Notes under the pieces: model-generated | Told to the model about the DNA's origin: nothing | Seen by the model: the letters and a program-made list of their open reading frames with translations, nothing else | Databases searched by the model: none | Translations under genes and position numbers: made by a program | DNA from: the human T2T-CHM13v2.0 reference genome, Homo sapiens | DNA: 64,000 nucleotides | Direction: 5' to 3' (one strand) | Assembly (NCBI RefSeq): GCF_009914755.1 | Contig: NC_060925.1 | In this document: positions 13,801 through 26,400 of the stretch, piece after piece | Layout: each line of letters begins with the position of its first letter | Numbering within the stretch: position 1 is the stretch's first letter

Positions 13801-16800
13801 AATGGAATCATCGAATGGTCTCGATTGGAATCATTATCAAATGGAATCGAATGGAATCACCGAATAGAATCGAATGGAACAATCATCGAATGGACTCAAA
13901 TGGAATTATCCTCAAATGGAATTGAATGGAATTATCGAATGCAATCGAATGGAATTATCGAATGCAATCGAATAGAATCATCGAATGGACTCGAATGGAA
14001 TCATCGAATGGAATGGAATGGAACAGTCAATGAACTCGAATGGAATCATCATTGAATGGAATCGAATGGAATCATCGAGTGGAATCGAATGTAATCATCA
14101 TCAAATGGAATCAAAAATAACCATCATCAAATGGAATCAAAAATAACCATCATCAATTGGTATTGAATGGAATTCTCATCAAATGGAATTCAAAGGAATC
14201 ATCATCAAATGGAACCGAATGGAATCCTCATTGAATGGAAATGAAAGGGGTCATCATCTAATGGAATCGCATGGAATCATCATCAAATGGAATCGAATGG
14301 AATCAACATCAAATGGAATCAAATGGAATCATTGAACGGAATTGAATGGAATCGTCATCGAATGAATTGAATGCAATCATCGAATGGTCTCGAATGGAAT
14401 CATCTTCAAATGGAATGGAATGGAATCATCGCATAGAATCGAATGGAATTTTCATCGAATGGAATCGAATGGAATCAACATCAAACGGAAAAAAACGGAA
14501 TTATCGAATGGAATCGAAGAGAATCACCGAATGGACCCGAATGGAATCATCTAATGGAATGGAATGGAATAATCCATGGACTCGAATGCAATCATCATCG
14601 AATGGAATCGAATGGAATCATCGAATGGACTCGAATGGAATAATCATTGAACGGAATCGAATGGAATCATCATCGGATGGAAATGAATGGAATCATCATC
14701 GAATGGAATCGAATAGAATTATGGAATGAAATCCAGTGTGATCATCATCGAATGGACCCGAATGGAATCATCATCCAACGGAAGCTAATGGAATCAACAT
14801 CGAATGAATCAAATGGAAACACCATCGAATTGAAACGAATGGAATTACCATGAAATTGAAATGGATGGACTCATCCTCAAATGGATTCGAGTGGAATCAT
14901 CGAATAAAATTGATTGAAATCATCATCGAATGGAATCGAATGGTATCATTGAATGGAATCGAATGGAATCATCATCAGATGGAAATGAAAGGAATCGTCA
15001 TAGAATGGAATCGAATGGATTCATTGAATGGAATCAGATGGAATCATTGAATGGACTGGAATGGAATCATTGAATGGACTCGAAAGGGATCATTATTGAA
15101 TGGAATTGAATGGAATCATCGAATGGTCTCGATTGGAATCATTATCAAATGGAATCGAATGGAATCACCGAATAGAATCGAATGGAACAATCATCGAATG
15201 GACTCAAATGGAATTATCCTCAAATGGAATTGAATGGAATTATCGAATGCAATCGAATGGAATTATCGAATGCAATCGAATAGAATCATCGAATGGACTC
15301 GAATAGAATCATCGAATGGAATGGAATGGAACAGTCAATGAACTCGAATGGAATCATCATTGAATGGAATCGAATGGAATCATCGAGTGGAATCGAATGT
15401 AATCATCATCAAATGGAATCAAAAATAACCATCATCAAATGGAATCAAAAATAACCATCATCAATTGGTATTGAATGGAATTCTCATCAAATGGAATTCA
15501 AAGGAATCATCATCAAATGGAACCGAATGGAATCCTCATTGAATGGAAATGAAAGGGGTCATCATCTAATGGAATCGCATGGAATCATCATAAAATGGAA
15601 TCGAATGGAATCAACATCAAATGGAATCAAATGGAATCATTGAACGGAATTGAATGGAATCGTCATCGAATGAATTGAATGCAATCATCGAATGGTCTCG
15701 AATGGAATCATCTTCAAATGGAATGGAATGGAATCATCGCATAGAATCGAAAGGAATTATCATGGAATGGAATCGAATGGAATCAACAGCAAACGGAAAA
15801 AAACGGAATTATCGAATGGAATCGAAGAGAATCATCGAATGGACCCGAATGGAATCATCTAATGGAATGGAATGGAATAATCCATGGACTCGAATGCAAT
15901 CATCATCGAATGGAATCGAATGGAATCATCCAATGGACTCGAATGGAATAATCATTGAACGGAATCGAATGGAATCATCATCGGATGGAAATGAATGGAA
16001 TCATCATCGAATGGAATCGAATAGTATTATGGAATGAAATCCAGTGTGATCATCATCGAATGGACCCGAATGGAATCATCATCCAACGGATGCTAATGGG
16101 ATCAACATCGAATGAATCAAATGGAAACACCATCGAATTGAAACGAATGGAATTACCATGAAATTGAAATGGATGGACTCATCATCGAATGGATTCGAAA
16201 GGAATCATCGAATAAAATTGATTGAAATCATCATCGAATGGAATCGAATGGTATCATTGAATGGAATCGAATGGAATCATCATCAGATGGAAATGAATGG
16301 AATCGTCATAGAATGGAATCGAATGGATTCATTGAATGGAATCAGATGGAATCATCGAATGGACTGGAATGGAATCATTGAATGGACTCGAAAGGGATCA
16401 TTATTGAATGGAATTGAATGGAATCATCGAATGGTCTCGATTGGAATCATTATAAAATGGAATCGAATGGAATCACCGAATAGAATCGAATGGAACAATC
16501 ATCGAATGGACTCAAATGGAATTATCCTCAAATGGAATTGAATGGAATTATCGAATGCAATCGAATGGAATTATCGAATGCAATCGAATAGAATCATCGA
16601 ATGGACTCGAATGGAATCATCGAATGGAATGGAATGGAACAGTCAATGAACTCGAATGGAATCATCATTGAATGGAATCGAATGGAATCATCGAGTGGAA
16701 TCGAATGTAATCATCATCAAATGGAATCAAAAATAACCATCATCAAATGGAATCAAAAATAACCATCATCAATTGGTATTGAATGGAATTCTCATCAAAT

Positions 16801-19800
16801 GGAATTCAAAGGAATCATCATCAAATGGAACCGAATGGAATCCTCATTGAATGGAAATGAAAGGGGTCATCATCTAATGGAATCGCATGGAATCATCATC
16901 AAATGGAATCGAATGGAATCAACATCAAATGGAATCAAATGGAATCATTGAACGGAATTGAATGGAATCGTCATTGAATGAATTGAATACAATCATCGAA
17001 TGGTCTCGAATGGAATCATCTTCAAATGGAATGGAATGGAATCATCGCATAGAATCGAATGGAATTTTCATCGAATGGAATCGAATGGAATCAACATCAA
17101 ACGGAAAAAAACGGAATTATCGAATGGAATCGAAGATAATCACCGAATGGACCCGAATGGAATCATCTAATGGAATGGAATGGAATAATCCATGGACTCG
17201 AATGCAATCATCATCGAATGGAATCGAATGGAATCATCGAATGGACTCGAATGGAATAATCATTGAACGGAATCGAATAGAATCATCATCGGATGGAAAT
17301 GAATGGAATCATCATCGAATGGAATCGAATAGAATTATGGAATGAAATCCAGTGTGATCATCATCGAATGGACCCGAATGGAATCATCATCCAACGGAAG
17401 CTAATGGAATCAACATCGAATGAATCAAATGGAAACACCATCGAATTGAAACCAATGGAATTACCATGAAATTGAAATGGATGGACTCATCCTCAAATGG
17501 ATTCGAGTGGAATCATCGAATAAAATTGATTGAAATCATCATCGAATGGAATCGAATGGTATCATTGAATGGAATCGAATGGAATCATCATCAGATGGAA
17601 ATGAAAGGAATCGTCATAGAATGGAATCGAATGGATTCATTGAATGGAATCAGATGGAATCATTGAATGGACTGGAATGGAATCATTGAATGGACTCGAA
17701 AGGGATCATTATTGAATGGAATTGAATGGAATCATCGAATGGTCTCGATTGGAATCATTATCAAATGGAATCGAATGGAATCACCAAATAGAATCGAATG
17801 GAACAATCATCGAATGGACTCAAATGGAATAATCCTCAAATGGAATTGAATGGAATTATCGAATGCAATCGAATGGAATTATCGAATGCAATCGAATAGA
17901 ATCATCGAATGGACTCGAATGGAATCATCAAATGGAATGGAATGGAACAGTCAATGAACTCGAATGGAATCATCATTGAATGGAATCGAATGGAATCATC
18001 GAGTGGAATCGAATGTAATCATCATCAAATGGAATCAAAAATAACCATCATCAAATGGAATCAAAAATAACCATCATCAATTGGTATTGAATGGAATTCT
18101 CATCAAATGGAATTCAAAGGAATCATCATCAAATGGAACCGAATGGAATCCTCATTGAATGGAAATGAAAGGGGTCATCATCTAATGGAATCGCATGGAA
18201 TCATCATCAAATGGAATCGAATGGAATCAACATCAAATGGAATCAAATGGAATCATTGAACGGAATTGAATGGAATCGTCATCGAATGAATTGAATGCAA
18301 TCATCGAATGGTCTCGAATGGAATCATCTTCAAATGGAATGGAATGGAATCATCGCATAGAATCGAATGGAATTTTCATCGAATGGAATCGAATGGAATC
18401 AACATCAAACGGAAAAAAACGGAATTATCGAATGGAATCGAAGAGAATCACCGAATGGACCCGAATGGAATCATCTAATGGAATGGAATGGAATAATCCA
18501 TGGACTCGAATGCAATCATCATCGAATGGAATCGAATGGAATCATCGAATGGACTCGAATGGAATAATCATTGAACGGAATCGAATGGAATCATCATCGG
18601 ATGGAAATGAATGGAATCATCATCGAATGGAATCGAATAGAATTATGGAATGAAATCCAGTGTGATCATCATCGAATGGACCCGAATGGAATCATCATCC
18701 AACGGAAGCTAATGGAATCAACATCGAATGAATCAAATGGAAACACCATCGAATTGAAACGAATGGAATTACCATGAAATTGAAATGGATGGACTCATCC
18801 TCAAATGGATTCGAGTGGAATCATCGAATAAAATTGATTGAAATCATCATCGAATGGAATCGAATGGTATCATTGAATGGAATCGAATGGAATCATCATC
18901 AGATGGAAATGAAAGGAATCGTCATAGAATGGAATCGAATGGATTCATTGAATGGAATCAGATGGAATCATTGAATGGACTGGAATGGAATCATTGAATG
19001 GACTCGAAAGGGATCATTATTGAATGGAATTGAATGGAATCATCGAATGGTCTCGATTGGAATCATTATCAAATGGAATCGAATGGAATCACCGAATAGA
19101 ATCGAATGGAACAATCATCGAATGGACTCAAATGGAATTATCCTCAAATGGAATTGAATGGAATTATCGAATGCAATCGAATGGAATTATCGAATGCAAT
19201 CGAATAGAATCATCGAATGGACTCGAATGGAATCATCGAATGGAATGGAATGGAACAGTCAATGAACTCGAATGGAATCATCATTGAATGGAATCGAATG
19301 GAATCATCGAGTGGAATCGAATGTAATCATCATCAAATGGAATCAAAAATAACCATCATCAAATGGAATCAAAAATAACCATCATCAATTGGTATTGAAT
19401 GGAATTCTCATCAAATGGAATTCAAAGGAATCATCATCAAATGGAACCGAATGGAATCCTCATTGAATGGAAATGAAAGGGGTCATCATCTAATGGAATC
19501 GCATGGAATCATCATAAAATGGAATCGAATGGAATCAACATCAAATGGAATCAAATGGAATAATTGAACGGAATTGAATGGAATCGTCATCGAATGAATT
19601 GAATGCAATCATCGAATGGTCTCGAATGGAATCATCTTCAAATGGAATGGAATGGAATCATCGCATAGAATCGAAAGGAATTATCATCGAATGGAATCGA
19701 ATGGAATCAACACCAAACGGAAAAAAACGGAATTATCGAATGGAATCGAAGAGAATCATCGAATGGACCCGAATGGAATCATCTAATGGAATGGAATGGA

Positions 19801-22800
19801 ATAATCCATGGACTCGAATGCAATCATCATCGAATGGAATCGAATGGAATCATCCAATGGACTCGAATGGAATAATCATTGAACGGAATCGAATGGAATC
19901 ATCATCGGATGGAAATGAATGGAATCATCATCGAATGGAATCGAATAGAATTATGGAATGAAATCCAGTGTGATCATCATCGAATGGACCCGAATGGAAT
20001 CATCATCCAACGGATGCTAATGGAATCAACATCGAATGAATCAAATGGAAACACCATCGAATTGAAACGAATGGAATTACCATGAAATTGAAATGGATGG
20101 ACTCATCATCGAATGGATTCGAAAGGAATCATCGAATAAAATTGATTGAAATCATCATCGAATGGAATCGAATGGTATCATTGAATGGAATCGAATGGAA
20201 TCATCATCAGATGGAAATGAATGGAATCGTCATAGAATGGAATCGAATGGATTCATTGAATGGAATCAGATGGAATCATTGAATGGACTGGAATGGAATC
20301 ATTGAATGGACTCGAAAGGGATCATTATTGAATGGAATTGAATGGAATCATCGAATGGTCTCGATTGGAATCATTATCAAATGGAATCGAATGGAATCAC
20401 CGAATAGAATCGAATGGAACAATCATCGAATGGACTCAAATGGAATTATCCTCAAATGGAATTGAATGGAATTATCGAATGCAATCGAATGGAATTATCG
20501 AATGCAATCGAATAGAATCATCGAATGGACTCGAATGGAATCATCGAATGGAATGGAATGGAACAGTCAATGAACTCGAATGGAATCATCATTGAATGGA
20601 ATCGAATGGAATCATCGAGTGGAATCGAATGTAATCATCATCAAATGGAATCAAAAATAACCATCATCAAATGGAATCAAAAATAACCATCATCAATTGG
20701 TATTGAATGGAATTCTCATCAAATGGAATTCAAAGGAATCATCATCAAATGGAACCGAATGGAATCCTCATTGAATGGAAATGAAAGGGGTCATCATCTA
20801 ATGGAATCGCATGGAATCATCATCAAATGGAATCGAATGGAATCAACATCAAATGGAATCAAATGGAATCATTGAACGGAATTGAATGGAATCGTCATCG
20901 AATGAATTGAATGCAATCATCGAATGGTCTCGAATGGAATCATCTTCAAATGGAATGGAATGGAATCATCGCATAGAATCGAATGGAATTTTCATCGAAT
21001 GGAATCGAATGGAATCAACATCAAACGGAAAAAAACGGAATTATCGAATGGAATCGAAGAGAATCACCGAATGGACCCGAATGGAATCATCTAATGGAAT
21101 GGAATGGAATAATCCATGGACTCGAATGCAATCATCATCGAATGGAATCGAATGGAATCATCGAATGGACTCGAATGGAATAATCATTGAACGGAATCGA
21201 ATGGAATCATCATCGGATGGAAATGAATGGAATCATCATCGAATGGAATCGAATAGAATTATGGAATGAAATCCAGTGTGATCATCATCGAATGGACACG
21301 AATGGAATCATCATCCAACGGAAGCTAATGGAATCAACATCGAATGAATCAAATGGAAACACCATCGAATTGAAACGAATGGAATTACCATGAAATTGAA
21401 ATGGATGGACTCATCCTCAAATGGATTCGAGTGGAATCATCGAATAAAATTGATTGAAATCATCATCGAATGGAATCGAATGGTATCATTGAATGGAATC
21501 GAATGGAATCATCATCAGATGGAAATGAAAGGAATCGTCATAGAATGGAATCGAATGGATTCATTGAATGGAATCAGATGGAATCATTGAATGGACTGGA
21601 ATGGAATCATTGAATGGACTCGAAAGGGATCATTATTGAATGGAATTGAATGGAATCATCGAATGGTCTCGATTGGAATCATTATCAAATGGAATCGAAT
21701 GGAATCACCGAATAGAATCGAATGGAACAATCATCGAATGGACTCAAATGGAATTATCCTCAAATGGAATTGAATGGAATTATCGAATGCAATCGAATGG
21801 AATTATCGAATGCAATCGAATAGAATCATCGAATGGACTCGAATGGAATCATCGAATGGAATGGAATGGAACAGTCAATGAACTCGAATGGAATCATCAT
21901 TGAATGGAATCGAATGGAATCATCGAGTGGAATCGAATGTAATCATCATCAAATGGAATCAAAAATAACCATCATCAAATGGAATCAAAAATAACCATCA
22001 TCAATTGGTATTGAATGGAATTCTCATCAAATGGAATTCAAAGGAATCATCATCAAATGGAACCGAATGGAATCCTCATTGAATGGAAATGAAAGGGGTC
22101 ATCATCTAATGGAATCGCATGGAATCATCATAAAATGGAATCGAATGGAATCAACATCAAATGGAATCAAATGGAATATTTGAACGGAATTGAATGGAAT
22201 CGTCATCGAATGAATTGAATGCAATCATCGAATGGTCTCGAATGGAATCATCTTCAAATGGAATGCAATGGAATCATCGCATAGAATCGAAAGGAATTAT
22301 CATCGAATGGAATCGAATGGAATCAACACCAAACGGAAAAAAACGGAATTATCGAATGGAATCGAAGAGAATCATCGAATGGACCCGAATGGAATCATCT
22401 AATGGAATGGAATGGAATAATCCATGGACTCGAATGCAATCATCATCGAATGGAATCGAATGGAATCATCCAATGGACTCGAATGGAATAATCATTGAAC
22501 GGAATCGAATGGAATCATCATCGGATGGAAATGAATGGAATCATCATCGAATGGAATCGAATAGAATTATGGAATGAAATCCAGTGTGATCATCATCGAA
22601 TGGACCCGAATGGAATCATCATCCAACGGATGCTAATGGAATCAACATCGAATGAATCAAATGGAAACACCATCGAATTGAAACGAATGGAATTACCATG
22701 AAATTGAAATGGATGGACTCATCATCGAATGGATTCGAAAGGAATCATCGAATAAAATTGATTGAAATCATCATCGAATGGAATCGAATGGTATCATTGA

Positions 22801-23478
22801 ATGGAATCGAATGGAATCATCATCAGATGGTAATGAATGGAATCGTCATAGAATGGAATCGAATGGATTCATTGAATGGAATCAGATGGAATCATCGAAT
22901 GGACTGGAATGGAATCATTGAATGGACTCGAAAGAGATCATGATTGAATGGAATTGAATAGAATCATCGAATGGTCTCGATTGGAATCATCATCAAATGG
23001 AATCGAATGGAATCACCGAATAGAATCGAATGGAACAATCATCGAATGGACTCAAATGGAATTATCCTCAAATGGAATCGAATGGAATTATCGAATGCAA
23101 TCGAATAGAATCATCGAATGGACTCGAATGGAATCATCGAATGGAATGGAATGGAAGAGTCAATGAACTCGAATGGAATCATCATTGAATGGAATCGAAT
23201 GGAATCATCGAGTGGAATCGAATGGAATTATGATCAAATGGAATCGAATGTAATCATCATCAAATGGAATCAAAAATAACCATCATCAATTGGTATTGAA
23301 TGGAATTGTCATCAAATGGAATTCAAAGGAAACATCATCAAATGGAACCGAATGGAATCCTCATTGAATGGAAATGAAAGGGGTCATCATCTAATGGAAT
23401 CGCATGGAATCATCATCAAATGGAATCGAATGGAATCATCATCAAATGGAATCTAATGGAATCATTCAACAGAATTGA
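7807..23478 (+). repeat. Run of 12 consecutive L modules (1.3-kb period, S absent)
   Basis: Starts at 7807, 9115, 10423, 11731, 13038, 14346, 15654, 16962, 18270, 19578, 20886, 22194. Spacing is 1308 except 1307 once and 1285 for the last unit. Confidence 0.93.
9054..22177 (+). repeat. Tandem duplication, 2 x ~6.54 kb (5 L modules each)
   Basis: Private variants recur at offset 6539/6540: units 9115=15654, 10423=16962, 11731=18270, 13038=19578, 14346=20886. Confidence 0.88.
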
Positions 23479-26400
23479 ATGGAATCGTCATCGAATGAAT
23501 TGAATGCAATCATCGAATGGTCTCGAATGGAACCATCTTCTAATGGAAAGGAATGGAATCATCGCATAGAATCGAATGGAATTGTCATCGAATGGAATCG
23601 AATGGTATCAACACCAAACGGAAAAAAACGGAATTATCGAATGGAATCGAAGAGAATCTTCGAACGGACCCGAATGGAATCATCTAATGGAATGGAATGG
23701 AATAATCCATGGACTCGAATGCAATCATCATCGAATGGAATCGAATGGAGTCATCGAATGGACTCGAATGGAATAATCATTGAACGGAATCGAATGGAAT
23801 CATCATCGGATGGAAACGAATGGAATCATCATCGGATGGGAATGAAAGGAGTCATCATCTAATGGAATTGCATGGAATCATCGTAAAATGGAATCGAATG
23901 GAATCAACATCAAATGGAATCAAATGGAATCATTGAACGGAATTGAATGGAATCGTCATCGAATGAATTGAATGCAATCATCGAATGGTCTCGAATGGAA
24001 TCATCTTCAAATGGAATGGAATGGAATCATTGCATAGAATCGAATGGAATTATCATCGAATGGAATCGAATGGTATCAACATCAAACGGGAAAAAACGGA
24101 ATTATCGAATGGAATCGAAGAGAATCTTCGAACGTACCCGAATGGAATCATCTAATGGAGTGGAATGGAATAATCCATGGACTCGAATGCAATCATCATC
24201 GAATGGAATCGAATGGAATCATCGAATGGACTCGAATGGAATAATCATTGAACGGAATCGAATGGAATCATCATCGGATGGAAATGAATGGAAGGATCAT
24301 CGAATGGAATCGAATAGAATTATGGAATGAAATCCAGTGTGATCATCATCGAATGGACCCGAATGGAATCATCATCCAACGGAAGCTAATGGAATCAACA
24401 TCGAATGAATCGAATGGAAACACCATCGAATTGAAACGAATGGAATTATCATGAAATTGAAATGGATGGACCCATCATCGAATGGATTCGAATGGAATCA
24501 TCGAATAAAATTGATTGAAATCATCATCAAATGGAATCGAATGGTGTCATTGAATGGGATCGAATGGAATCATCGTCAGATGGAAATGAATGGAATCGTC
24601 ATAGAATGGAATCGAATGGATTCATTGAATGGAATCAGATGGAATCATCGAATGGACTGGAATGGAATCATTGAATGGCCTCGAATGGAATCATTATTGA
24701 ATGGAATTGAATGGAATCATCGAATGGTCTCGATTGGAATCATTATCAAATGGAATCGAATGGAATCACCGAATAGAATCGAATGGAACAATCATCGAAT
24801 TGACTCAAATGGAATTATCCTCAAATGGAATCGAATGGAATTATCGAATGCAATCGAATGGAATTATCGAATGCAATCGAATAGAATCATCGAATGGACT
24901 CGAATGGAATCATCGAATGGAATGGAATGGAACAGTCAATGAACTCGAACGGAATCATCATTGAATGGAATCGAATGGAATCATCGAGTGGAATCGAATG
25001 GAATTATGATCAAATGGAATCGAATGTAATCCTCATCAAATGGAATCAAAAATAACCATCATCAATTGGTATTGAATGGAATTGTCATCAAATGGAATTG
25101 AAAGGAATCATCATCAAATGGAACCGAATGGAATCCTCATTGATTGGAAATGAAAGTGGTCATCATCTAATGGAATTGCATGGAATCATCATCAAATGGA
25201 ATCGAATGGAATCATCATGAAATGGAATCTAAGGGAATCATTGAACAGAATTGAATGGAATCGTCATCGAATGAATTGAATGCAATCATCGAATGATCTC
25301 GAATGTAATCATCTTCAAATGGAAAGGAATGGAATCATCGCATAGAATCGAATGGAATTATCATCGAATGGAATCCAATGGTATCAACATCAAACGGAAA
25401 AAAACGGAATTATGGAATGGAATAGAAGAGAATCTTCGAACGGACCCGAATGGAATCATCTAATGGAATGGAATGGAATAATCCATGGACTCGAATGCAA
25501 TCATCATCAAATGGAATCGAACGGAATCATCGAATGGACTCGAATGGAATAATCATTGAACGGAATCGAATGGAATCATCATCGGATGGAAACGAATGGA
25601 ATCATCATCGAATGGAAATGAAAGGAGTCATCATCTAATGGAATTGCATGGAATCATCATAAAATGGAATCGAATGGAATCAACATCAAATGGAATCAAA
25701 TGGAATCATTGAATGGAATTGAATGGAATCGTCATCGAATGAATTGAATGCAATCATCGAATGGTCTCGAATGGAATCATCTTCTAATGGAAAGGAATGG
25801 AATCATCGCATAGAATCGAATGGAATTATCATCGAATGGAATCGAATGGTATCAACACCAAACGGAAAAAAACGGAATTATCGAATGGAATCGAAGAGAA
25901 TCTTCGAACGGACCCGAATGGAATCATCTAATGGAATGGAATGGAATAATCCATGGACTCGAATGCAATCATCATCGAATGGAATGGAATAGAATCATCG
26001 AATGGACTCGAATGGAATAATCATTGAACGGAATCGAATGGAATCATCATCGGATGGAAACGAATGGAATCATCATCGAATGGAAATGAAAGGAGTCATC
26101 ATCTAATGGAATTGCATGGAATCATCATAAAATGGAATCGAATGGAATCAACATCAAATGGAATCAAATGGAATCATTGAACGAAATTGAATGGAATCGT
26201 CATCGAATGAATTGACTGCAATCATCGAATGGTCTCGAATGGAATCATCTTCAAATGGAATGGAATGGAATCATCGCATAGAATCGAATGGAATTATCAT
26301 CGAATGGAATCGAATGGAATCAACATCAAACGGAAAAAAACGGAATTATCGAATGGAATCGAAGAGAATCATCGAATGGACCCGAATGGAATCATCTAAT

